This document shows, piece after piece, positions 12,408 to 25,400 of a DNA stretch of 64,000 nt. The DNA is taken from contig NC_069006.1 of the NCBI RefSeq assembly GCF_001194135.2, positions 26,096,782 through 26,160,781 of the forward strand, given 5' to 3'. How positions within the stretch are numbered: the first letter of the stretch is position 1; each line of letters begins with the position of its first letter. The notes below the pieces were generated by a model. The model searched no databases, was not told the origin of the DNA, and was given only the letters and a program-made list of their open reading frames with translations. The stretch is from Octopus bimaculoides. Taxonomy: Eukaryota. The translations under genes were made by a program, and so were the position numbers.

Positions 12408-15126
12408 TGCATACACACACACACACCTGGGTTTTTTTTTTGTGTAACTGCATCTTTGCAACCACCTCTCACTCCTGTTATTTCAACTTAACAACAAATG
12501 CAGAAGATGGATGTGTTATTGTTGCTGCTGCTGCTGCTACTGCTGCTCTAGCTGCAGCATCAGTTGGTGCATTTCACATCCTTATTTTTAAATTGTGTTG
12601 ATGTTTTAACCCCAGGTCCAACCTTAACCCAAACTCTAAGACCTGATGATCAAAAGCATTCCAGCCACGACCAGCTCATCTTCTTACATAGCTATGACTA
12701 CATTATCTGATCTGGCAATTCCTTTTTTGTGGAAAAAGAAACCCAGTAATTTTGAGGACATTTAGCTGCTGTTTCTAGTAACCACCTAAAAGCTGTTGTT
12801 GTTGTTGTTAATGGTGGTTATTTCTGGAAGATTTCTGGTGTTTGTAATGGTTCTATGTTTTATAACAATTTGATTTTCTTCAGAAAAATCGTTATTCAAT
12901 TTGTTTGTTTAGAGAACCTTTCATGCATGGGGTGCCACAGCCATCCTTGGGTACTCTTGTGGAACAAAAGTGGATGTACTTGGCTGGAGAGTACAAGACA
13001 GGGGTATGTATCCTGCTGGAACAATGAGACAAGACAACTAGGGAGAGTCCATCTGCTAAAAATAGCAGCCGTGTCTCCCTCAAATCACACCGTACCATCT
13101 TGATAAAATGGTTTCATAGCTCTAAAGATGCAACAATGCAAGATGGGTCACTGCTTGGTCAGAGATGTCCTGGGGTTAAACAGTACCTCGAAATAGTGGG
13201 GTTAGGGTATGTGTGGTGGTAAAGCCCAGAGTAAATATTGTGGAATAGAAGTGAATTAAAAGTGTAGCAGCTGTTGATATCAGATACTCGTTAAAGGTAA
13301 ACACAATCATCTTACTTCATTTAGGAACAATTAAAAACTTGAGTAAATCTCATTTGTATGGATTCTAAAACAGAAGCGAAACCATAATAATAGAAATTGT
13401 TGCAAAAATAGTCGACAGAATTCAGTGGTTTTGTCAAATATTTTCACTTGAATATTTCTATGTCGTCATTGTTGATTTTAAATGTCACATCCAAGAATTT
13501 AGTTTCTTCTTTGCTGAATGTTTGCTTTAAGGTGATGACGTTGAGGAATCTGTTCGTCAATTTTTGCATAGAAGAGTCGATGGCATTGACTGCACGGTAA
13601 TATTGGTGGAGGTCGAGGTTGATTTTGTTGAGTCTTTCTCTCCTGTCGTTTGATTTCTTTCTTTTCTTTTCTGGTGGCTTTGAAGTTTTTGGTTCCGATG
13701 GTAATGGAATACCGCCACTTGGTACAATCTCAGGTTTGTGTTTTAAACAATTTAAACTCAATTCCAGTGGTTTTGAGTTAGCCCTTGTATCTTCGAAAGG
13801 GATCAACCCCATGCTCTTTTTCCTGAAGTGAGCTCATTGAATAAGACTTGGCATGGGGACTTTGACTCTTCCATTCTTGCATTTCTTTGTAGAAATGCAC
13901 CAAAGTTGGGGTTTCTTTGCCTGTCATCCTTTCAGGTCAATAAAAACTAATTGACTGTGATTCAGTCGACTCCAGAGAAGGACTACTGTAACTGAGTTGA
14001 CCCCAGTAATTGACTGGGGTTGATGTGATTCAAGGCATGAGCCTCTACATGGTCACTTGAAATGCTAAAAATTGCAGTCAGATTTCTTCAGCTCGTACAT
14101 TAAATAAAATGCCTTTCAGCAGTATTTAGTTGTGGCCCTGTGCATTCTGAGTTCAAATTCTGCCAAAGTAAACTTTGTCTTTCATCTTTCTGCTCTCAGT
14201 AAAATACCAGCAGAATATTGGGGTCAACTGAATGTTCTTATAAATCATTGTAAATGGGAATTAAAAGACTGAGAGGGAGAGAGAGAGAGTTGGTGAAGGC
14301 TGATCTCTGTGAGTTGAACTTTGAGAAGGGGTTCACAACAAGGACTGCCAAAAAGGACAAGGTACTGTGTTGGAGAAGACTTGGGCCGAACCATGCAAAC
14401 ATAGAAAATCAGATGTAAAATGACAATGATGATGATGATGATGATGACTAAGAAATATAGTTGTAATGAAAATAAGAAGTATGTCTAAATGCAGTCGGTG
14501 TAGTATTATTTTTAACTAATAATAACACCATTTGATAACGACTATAAACAAGGTAAATGCATTAAAACAAGCAAACCTTCTTCTATTTATACAAGCAGTT
14601 TTGAATGAGGACCATATGCCTTTCACTGGTGGTTTATAAATGAAAACATCACAGAAATTCACTTCTCACCCCATGATGGGGCAGTAACTAGCAAAACAAA
14701 CATTTCTATCGACAAAAATAGAGGAATGAGGCAAGAAATGCATTTTAATAAATAGATTATTACTTCTAGATTTTATTTATTCATATTTTTTTTCATCTCT
14801 TTTTAAAAATAATAAAATATTATTTCAATATTGAAATGAAGCAGTTGGGTCTCAAGGAGACTGTTAGTGGCGGAGGTGGTGGTGGTGGTGGTGGTTGGTG
14901 TCGGCTGGTAGTTAATACAGCTCGTAAAGTTATGATCTGTTGGAGGTGAGGGCTCAATGAAGGGTCGTGCCCCTTAACCATTGGATGTTTCTAGATGTAT
15001 TTGCAACACATCTAGTCTAGATACAATGCAATATGTTGTAGAAGTTGTACAGATAATTTATGAACACTCTATGACACATCCCAATATGCCTAACACTGGA
15101 AAATATAAACACAGACTTGGACGGAC

Positions 15127-15167
<41 letters not shown>

Positions 15168-18100
15168 CGTGTAGTCAGTGTAATGTGGTGTTCTCTCAGT
15201 CATTCTTCTTGAATTAGTGTAGGCATTATAATATATTCGCTCAGGTGTTGTCATAATTAATCACCTGTGTACCTGTCCATCCATCTATCAACCTATCTGT
15301 CTATCAACGTAATCCATCTACCTGTCTACCTGTCAACTCGTTTATCTACCTTGCACACTATATTACCTCATTGTTGCCAGTTTTGTGTGACTCACCCCCA
15401 ACCAGCTCTCTGTCTATGTCCTCTTGTGATGGTTTCAAGATAAGCAAACAGGTTTTCAGAGGGTTTCATCATTGTAAACAACTGTTTGTTTAATCAGTTG
15501 ATTGGTGTTTAATTTCAGCCTCCAAACTCTTTGACACAGGAAAATTAATCACCTCCATTTCCTTCCTTTTTCTACAGTTTTCCAAAATTCCAATTTTTTT
15601 TCTTTCTCTTGTTAGAATCATAGCTAAAACAACACAACTGATCTTGCAGTTGTGTGTATGCATGCGTGCATGTGCGTATTTATAAATAATTTTTCCCTGC
15701 AACCATGGCTGTGTGATAAGATGTTTGCTTCCCAACCACATGGTGCTGGGTTCAATCCTACTGCAAGGCACCTTGGGCAAGTATCTTCTACTATAGCCCT
15801 GGGCCAACCAAAGCCTTGCAAGTGGATTTAGTAGATGGAAACTGAAAGAATCCCATCATGCTTTTTATGTGGGACCTTGGTTTTAGAATCCCAGTTCTGT
15901 TGTGGTGGGCAGGTCTTCTCATGTACTGCAATGCACCACATATGTCAGGGTAGGGAAACCTTTTTAATACCAGGGGTGAATTGCAGGTCGGGGGGGGGGG
16001 TTGGAACGTAACATCTGCGATAGTCGAGGGATTACTGTATAGATTATATTCTGTTGCATTCGTCCGTTCCTTCTCTCTGTCACTCACCTCCCTTCTCCAA
16101 CACTTGTTACACAATCAGGTCTTCAGTCTGTCACAAATGAAATGAAACGACAAAGACACGTGTGGTGGGAGATTTGTTCTCTGTATTGTCTTGTTTTACA
16201 ATTCAAATTATTGTTTTTATGCTTTCACCTGGAGTTTATTACAGGATACATTAAATCAGTTTATGTACTAAGGTTACTTATGTATCAGTCAATCCTTTCA
16301 CAAAGCAACTGGGGCCCTCTTTAATTTGTTTCTGTGATATTTGTACTGATTGTAACCCTCATATTGCTTTTACTGTTTAACCCCCATGAAACCGTGAAAT
16401 ATAGTCCCTTATTTATTTCACGGGAATCACTTGTGAATCTGCATGTTATATTCTTGTTATGGTGCAAAATGAGTAGGAAAGCAATTTAATTCTGAAATTT
16501 GGTAGGCAAAGTGCTAATTAATTTGAAAACTAATGAAGAATTTGGAGAGATTTTGTTACTTAACATTTTCATTGTAAAGTTTAACTCCACCAGAGTTAAC
16601 TTTGCCATTCATCCATTTTGGTTTAGTAGAATAAAGTATCAATTTTATGCTGCGGGTCTGTAGTGGGGTTGGCATCGAAATGTCAAAACTGAAAAACACA
16701 ACTCAATTATTTTATTGGGTTTCTTCCATTTTCTTACATCAGAGATAAAATCAAGTCAGTCTGTCAATTAGGTTTGTTCTACATTAATATTAGAGGGAAC
16801 CCGGAGTTGATAACAGAGTAAAGGACAGGAGTTAATACAGAGAAGGGGACAAGGGTTTTATAATGGGAAAAGTAACTGGGGTTTATAACAGAGAGGGGGG
16901 GGGGGAAAGGGCTTCTCTGTGAAGAAGCAAAAAAAAAAAGAAAGAAATGAAATAAAGTTGTTGACTTAGCGATTAATTATTCTGATTATAATCAGTTGAA
17001 GAGAAAATGGGCCAATATAGAGTGGGCCCTGATATAGTATATAGTGTGGGCCATATGTGCTATCAGGTGTCACTAAAATTATGTGAGATTTAAGAAAACC
17101 CAAAATTTAATGAAAATCACCACACACACACACACACAAGGGGATATTAGGGACCTCAAAGTATTTAACCTTGCAGAATTAAAGAACTGATTGGAAGAAA
17201 TTCTTTGAGTTGAAGTCTGAGAAAGTGTTAAGCCAGTTGTTGCTTGGTATGTACTAATAAAAAAAGTTAGTAGCCCTTGCAGTGCTTCAGTATAATTAGG
17301 GAAATTAATTAGTCTACCATCAGCTTTTCTCAAAGTAATCAGGAGAATTGAAAACATTTACCACGTTTTTGTTGTTTTATTTTGTTTTGTTTTTTCGCTA
17401 CTTTCTTTTTTTTTTTTCGTTTATTTATTTTTACCATAGCAACCTCTTGTTGAAGGAATGGGGTTGATCTGTCTGAAAATCTCATGAGTCACTGCCTCTC
17501 TATTGCAAATCACTGAACGTGTGTGCATGTATGTGTATGTGTGTGTGTGCATGCATGCATTTATATGTGCATGGGGGCGTGTTAGATCAATAGATATGTC
17601 CATTGATATTTAGATCTGAATCCGTACATTGTAGAAAGTGAAAAAAATGGTGCAACAACAAAGCAAACAACATTAATCCCAACTGACTTGTCATTCTTAT
17701 TTACTTTGCTGCTTTCGTTGCCATGGTTACCTATACGAAGATTCGCACCTTTTCTGTAGAACTAACTGTTGCTACCTACCTATCTTTCTATCAACCTGCC
17801 CTCCCAGTTATCTAACACCCTACCTCGCTATCTATTAACTCTACATACCTATATACCTACCTTCTACAAACCTGTTTACCAATCTACATACTTATGTACT
17901 TATCTTGCAGCTAGTAGCTACCTATCTACCTATTTATCTACAAATTCACCCACTTACTTATCTACCAACCAGCCTATCTACCTATAATTCTACCCATCAG
18001 TCTATATTAACTACCTACCAACTTATCTATTAACCTACATATCTATGTAGCTAGGTACTTACCTATTTATCTACCTGTCTGCTTATCTACCATCCTCCCT

Positions 18101-20417
18101 ACTCCCCTATGTGCCTGTCACTTTTGAAAATTGTTGGCTGTGATTTGAGCAAGATGTGGTTGCTATCTCTAGAAGATCAAGTAACCACATTCATGGGGCG
18201 CGTTCCTTTGCAGTTACCTGAATTCAGGTGACAACATGTGTTGCCTTCTTTGTCCACTGAACTGGTCGTCACTGCTGTAATCACCTGTGTGTATGTAAGT
18301 GTATGTGTGGTTACATATGTATGTGTATGAAAGTGTATATGTATATGTAAGTGTATGTTTAAATTGATGTTTGCATCCATAGACGACCTAACATGTATGT
18401 AGATGCTTTATGAAAAGGATCTACAAATATACACACACACATACTTATACATGCATATACACACGTTAATTCCAAAGACCCTTTACCACTTAAATACAAT
18501 GTAAAAATTTTTTGTTTTTTTTTTAGTTAAAATTTTGTTTTGGTAGCCATACCAGTTTCCATTGTCTGTTTTGTGTATGGTTTCTACAGCTGGATGCCCT
18601 TTCCTAACACCAAAATCATCCCTACCACATTTTTCTGCCTCTTTCTTCCATGCTGATGTCAGCTGTTCCCTCCAAGACAAAATCCCACCATTTGTTGCAT
18701 TCCTTTGTCATCTCATTTGTGAAACTCATCTCCTTCAATATCAGCGATCACCATTTCCGTCCTTGGTCTTCTCCTCCCATTACATTCTTCCACATCAATC
18801 TCCTGCCCACTTCTTCACCCGTCTGCCATAATTCATACCCATGCTAACACAGATTGTTGTCTCTCCTTTGATTCCTCTTTTATCCTCAGTTTATCTCTTG
18901 CCTCACCCTTCACCTCTCTCTACTGTTACACATACAGCACAGCATGCTTGCCTCATTTTCTCTCCTCCCTTTGCTACATCTTCTACATTCGGCGCCCACA
19001 TCTCACTGCCATGCAGCATCACAGTTCATACACATGTATTGTACAATCCGTCCTTCACTCAGACTGAGAATCTCCTTGCTATCAGCAGAGATAAAAACTC
19101 TTTGAACTCTTTCACCCTGTTTCTAATTTTGGCCACTACACCCTCCCCCACCACTACTGATTATGTCACCTAGGTAACAGAAGCTATCAACTCCATCTAT
19201 AGAAATATATGTGTGTGTGCATGTGGAGAGAACAAAACTGGAGAGTTTATCAATAATTTATGAACTAATTCTCCAGTTTTGTCTTTTTTTTTTTTCCTTT
19301 ATACTCTGTGATCTTTCAGACTTGGACTGTTTTTGAGATCTCTTTATAGTTTCTCTTCTTCCATTTAATACACAGATGGTGTTATAAATACACTTGTATA
19401 TATAAAAATACATCACCACCACCACCATCGTCGTCATTTAACGTCCGTTTTCCTTGCTGACATGGGTTGGACAGTTTGACAGGAGCTGGCAAGACCGAGG
19501 TCTTCACTGGGCTCCCTTGTCTGCTTTGGTATCGTTTCTACAGCTGCATCCCTTTCCTAACACCAGCTACGTGGCACCTTGGGCAAGTGTCTTCTACTAT
19601 AGCCTCGGGCCAACCAAAGCCTTGTGAGTGGATTTGGTAGACGGAAACTGAAACAAGCACATCGTATATATGTATATATATATATATGTATGTGTGTGTA
19701 TATGTTTGTGTGTCTGTGTTTATCCCCCCAACATCACTTGACAACCGATGCTGGTGTGTTTACGTCCCTGTAACTTAGCAGTTTGGCAAAAGAGACTGAT
19801 AGAATAAGTACTAGGCTTACAAAAAATAAGTTCTGATTTGCTTGACTAAAGGCGGTATTCCAGCATGGCCGCAGTCGAATAACTGAAACAAGTAAAAGAA
19901 TAAAAGAAATATATAGAGATAGACAGACAGGTAGATAGATACTGGTATTTACTATCGACCTCACTTCTACCCCTATTCATCGATTCTCTGCATTCACCTA
20001 CCTCTAACAGTGTGTCACTGTCTTTTCACCACCTGGCATGAAGCCACCTGCCACCCCGCCTCACTGCTACAAACCCCTTCAGTCATGCATTTTCTTTGTC
20101 TTGAAATTTACTTGCAGTCAACATCAAGGAAAAAAGTAGCCATTACATTCTGTAAAGTGGTTGGCATTAGGAAAGGCATCGAGCTGTCGACATCACGACA
20201 ACGCAGAGGTTAGAGCTCTGCGTAAGTCTCTGGTTTGTTGGATGCTGTGAAGCCATCCAACTCATCATACCTTTGTAAACACGTTGGACAGACATTAAAC
20301 GATGTTGGTGTGTGTGCGCACACACACACTTTATATAAAATATAGCGATCCTATCAAAACGTCCAACTCGTGTCAGTATACAAAGCGGACGTAGAAATGA
20401 GATGCACACACATATAA

Positions 20418-20451
<34 letters not shown>

Positions 20452-20909
20452 TATACACACACACACACACATACATTTGTGTGTGAATGTAATTATATAT
20501 ACATATATGTGTGCGTGTGTATACATTTACACCTATCGTGAATATACACGTGACCAGGAAGATATTTGTTTCTTTCCCTACCTGTATTCAGAGGTGAACC
20601 ATTATCATCCCTACCTTTCTTTTGTATTATTTTTTGTTTGTTTGTTATTTCGCGCGCTTTCCCCCCTTTTTATCCATCCTCGTTTTCGATTCTTTAACCA
20701 CCCAATTTTCTGCCTCACTCACTCTCTCTCTCTCTCTCTCTCCTTTTATATTCTTTTACCTTTCTTTTCTTCTTACCCTCTTCTCCATTTTATAAGCGTT
20801 TTACTTCTCATATTTATTATCTCTCTTACTCTCCCTCTCAATACTTCTGCCTATCTCTTTCCTGTTCTCTCTTTCTCTCTCTTCCAAAACACTCCCTTTT
20901 CTCTTTGAC

Positions 20910-20946
<37 letters not shown>

Positions 20947-22420
20947 ATCTCTTTTGGCTCCCCCCCTATCTTTCTGTGTTTGTATACTTTTGGAACTCCC
21001 CATTTCCTCCACAGTCTCATTCCACCCCCCTTCCCTCGCTCTCTCTCTCTCTCTCTCTATTAATGCTTGTTTTTCTTCTCTTTACAACCACTTTCACATT
21101 TTTCCCCGTCGTCGTCTCCTTTCTTTCATCAACCTCCCTCCCTCCCTCTCCTACCCACTTAACCTCCTTCCTCTTTCTTCCCCAACAAAACACGCAGGTG
21201 TCACCCTCTTTCTTTCCCTCCCCTTCTTAATCAACATTTACATCCTACCCCTCCCTCTCATACTCCACTTTCTCTTTCACTCCTCCTTCCTCTATCTGTC
21301 TGTCTCTGCGTTAGTCTTTCATAAAATGATATACACACACACACACACACAATAGATAAATAACTGATAGCTTGTAGGAAGTGTTTCAATTCCTATCAGG
21401 TGTTATCCTTGTCCATCCAGTCACCAGCGCGACCACCACTGTCGAAAGGATATTTCCTTAAATGGACGAATATTAAAAGTTCAGTTTTTCAAAGTTTCCA
21501 CACAAAACGCACACACGGGACGATAAAAATAAATAAGGGCTCACCTCCATTGCCCCCAATTATTATTATCTCGCAAGGAGCCTCGATTATCTTTATTCCT
21601 CCATTTGCGATGGAGTTTGCCCCGGTAGAAACTAAAGGGATCTTATTTCGTGGAAGTTTATTCTTGAAACCAAGAGGTTTGGTTATAGTTTTACAACAAA
21701 GGACTCTTCCCTAGACAGACAGACAGACAGACAGGTACAGTTGATGGCTTTGTTTGTACTTCTAACTTCCTTAAGTTTGCTCTGTTTAATTAGCCCGACA
21801 GACGTTCTTTAGGGACTTCACAAGGTACATGTACACGCACACACACCTTGTCTAATCTCTCTCTCTCTCTCTGTATCTTATCTTAAATGTATTTATAACT
21901 AAATACACCCATTTTGCAGAATTATATATATATATCGTTTTTGTAGAAAATCGTAAATTCGGAGAAGAAGCATACTCTAAGAAGTAGATCCGTCTATATT
22001 TGTTCCTGGTGAAGGCCGGTTTATAGGGTTACCCAGGGTAACCCTACAAACTGACCTTCATCAGGAATAAATAAATACATATATATTATCTTTTGACATA
22101 AATGTGTATGTATGTGTGTGTATATAAACAATGTGTTGAAATATAGCAATCACTTACTTAGTGGTTAGGTCGTGAATCGATCCAACGATCCGAGGGACCT
22201 CTAGCTATGAAATCTCCCTCAAAACCACATACTTAATATCTTGAGGTAAAACAAGACACACCAGATAGTTTACTCTCGCGCATTTGCAGATCAACAATAA
22301 GACGAAACGGTCACGGCTGGGTTGTCTTCGAGTATAAATTCGTTCAGAGCTGACCTGCGGTTAAACAACAACAACAACACGTGCTCCCTGGAAGTTCGAC
22401 GTAAAATATGTTTGTGGTTG

Positions 22421-22476
<56 letters not shown>

Positions 22477-25400
22477 GCTGTCGGTTACCCGAGGACGTTG
22501 GTTCAATCCCCAGCGGTTGCCACTCCTTCATTCAGTTAATGTCCTTAGGAAAGGGATGAGTGTCACCTTAGCTACAACTTCTGCAACACAAAAGGTTGTG
22601 TGTTTGTGTTTATAAATCGAAGTGGTATATATATATACACAAGCTGGAGCTGTGTACGTATTGCTGAGTTCCTTACCTTGTTTGAGCTGCGGTCATGCTG
22701 GAACAGTGTCTCACGAGCTGATTAAAAGAACCTCTAGAGGAGGGGAGACGGTCGACCGGCTAGAAATGGCAGCCATACCTCTATTCGAGTCAAGTCTTAC
22801 CGTCTTATAAACAAAGACAATTGGATAACATCGTTCGAGTCGGGCTATTCCAGGAGAAAGATAGTGTGGTCGTCACGGTTGGAATGGTCTGTTTGCTCTA
22901 TCGGAGCAGAGACTGGTTAGGATAACAAACACACCGCCACCAAAGCAATGTCTTGTATATAAACACATATAAACCGAATTTGTGCCTTGTTATACAAAGT
23001 TGTCTATGTCTGTTTACCGGTGATGGTCAGTTAATCGAAGCATTGAATGAAATATCGATCAGCTCATGCAAAGATTTATTTTTAGACACTTGATACACTC
23101 GTTCTATTAAAACAGCAATTGTGTAAATAATAAAGCAATTTAATAAAATTAATTAATCCTGTGACTAATTATAAGTTTTACATCGTCTTATTTTGTTAGA
23201 GATCATTACAGTGTGTATATATACACTTGTGTGTGTATATGTTTGTGTGTCTGTGTTTCTTCCACCACCGATGTTGGTGTGTTTACGTCCCTGTAACTTA
23301 GCAGTTTACCAAAAGAGACCAAAAGAATATGTACTGGGCTTACAAAGTATAAGTCCTGGGGTCGATTCGCTCGACTAAAGGCAGTGCTCCAGCATGGCCA
23401 CAGTCAAATGACTGAAACAAGTAAAAGAATAAAAGAATATATATATATATATATATANNNNNNNNNNNNNNNNNNNNNNNNNNNNNNNNNNNNNNNNNNN
23501 NNNNNNNNNNNNNNNNNNNNNNNNNNNNNNNNNNNNNNNNNNNNNNNNNNNNNNNNNNNNNNNNNNNNNNNNNNNNNNNNNNNNNNNNNNNNNNNNNNNN
23601 NNNNNNNNNNNNNNNNNNNNNNNNNNNNNNNNNNNNNNNNNNNNNNNNNNNNNNNNNNNNNNNNNNNNNNNNNNNNNNNNNNNNNNNNNNNNNNNNNNNN
23701 NNNNNNNNNNNNNNNNNNNNNNNNNNNNNNNNNNNNNNNNNNNNNNNNNNNNNNNNNNNNNNNNNNNNNNNNNNNNNNNNNNNNNNNNNNNNNNNNNNNN
23801 NNNNNNNNNNNNNNNNNNNNNNNNNNNNNNNNNNNNNNNNNNNNNNNNNNNNNNNNNNNNNNNNNNNNNNNNNNNNNNNNNNNNNNNNNNNNNNNNNNNN
23901 NNNNNNNNNNNNNNNNNNNNNNNNNNNNNNNNNNNATAAGAAAATTATGTGTTTGCTTTAAAATTTGAGATCACATAGACAGTATTTTACGTAGGATATG
24001 GGTAGTTCCCATGAGCACTATCTTTTGAACTTCAGCCATTTTGGAGTTTCCTGGTATCTGAGCTAGGTAGTAATCAGCCCGTTTCGCTGTCATTGTTATT
24101 ATTATTATTATTATTATTGTTATTGTCGCTGTTGTCTTTATTTATTTCCTTCAGCTTCTATCTGGTTTGCAAAAACTTTAAATTTAGAACCGGGTCAGAT
24201 ATGTTTAGAGCAAACTAACAACCTACTTCACAAAGACAGAAAGAAGAAAAGAATAATAGCAATCTAGATGTTTTTTGTTGTTTTTGTCTATTTCTTTTTT
24301 CTTTTTTTTCTTTTGTCGTTTTAACTTTTTGTTATGTCACGGGTTTTCTTAGACATGTGGAAAAACATTGCTTTTGTTTTCCTATATTCCCAGTAGAAAG
24401 TGGGACAAAACTGGTCACTGTTTATTTTCCCCCGTCACGCATATATTTATATCACAGTGCTCCAGCATGGGCCACCTTACAGTGACTGAAACTTGTCATG
24501 TCAGATCTATGGCTATTTGGAAATATATATATATATATGTTTATAGTCCGACCTTATAAGATATATAATCTTTATCTTACTAAAATTGACTTGAAACCAT
24601 GGTACAGAATATAGATTGGTAAAAGTTTTTATTTTTCATTTCCTTTCGAAATTATCCCTAATTTTTGTGNNNNNNNNNNGGCACCTGTGTATGTAAAGCC
24701 GATAGTTAAGTGGGTGTTAAGACATTTCACTGATGAGGTTTAATAATACTGAAACATGGGGTTATCTCTGTATTTAGCAGAGAGAAGCTTCTTATCATAT
24801 TCCATACCTAGCCCATTTTAGATTTCAGAGTTGTCTCCCTCGCCTGTTTTAACCAGAATTAATCATTGAGGAATGAGTTTTTTTGTTTTTCCTGCTCCTT
24901 TCATAAGTGCATAATCTTAACTACTCAACATCTTTTGGGGCTCATTGTATGGAATCCACAATGAGCCACTTTCAAGGCACTTGACCATTTAACATCCTAC
25001 TACTACCATACCACTCCTGCAGTCTTTCCTTCTCCTCCTCCTCTGCCAAGAATTCACAATGACCTCAAACCCACAAGAGTAAACGAGAGAAACAGAGACA
25101 GGCAGAAACAAGGAAAATGTCTCTTGTATTTGAATACTATGCAAATATCCTCTTAAAATGTTTTCATTTAATTTTTCCAAAATTTAATTGTTTTCCATTC
25201 TTAAAGTGGAAAAAGTCTCAATGACTGAAACCGGTACTGAAATCATTTTAGCATTTTCTACCTCTAAATCATCCTTCATCTGAAAGTAAAACAATAAATA
25301 CTTGAACTGTTCAATCACCATTTGGTTATTTTTACCTCCACCTAAGCGAAAGTGGAGGTATTGTTTTCAGCCGTGTTTGTTTGTCTGAGGACAAGATATC

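Noticed and set aside
20402-21355. Long hydrophobic ORFs (168 and 133 aa) suggesting membrane proteins
   Set aside because: The Leu/Phe/Ser/Pro bias is the expected translation of a CT-rich tract.
24730-24760. CTGATGAG...GAAAC hammerhead-like core on the plus strand
   Set aside because: Stem II is only about 3 bp with a G-U closure, and there is no G-U-H triplet or stem I partner after GAAAC; at best a decayed relic.
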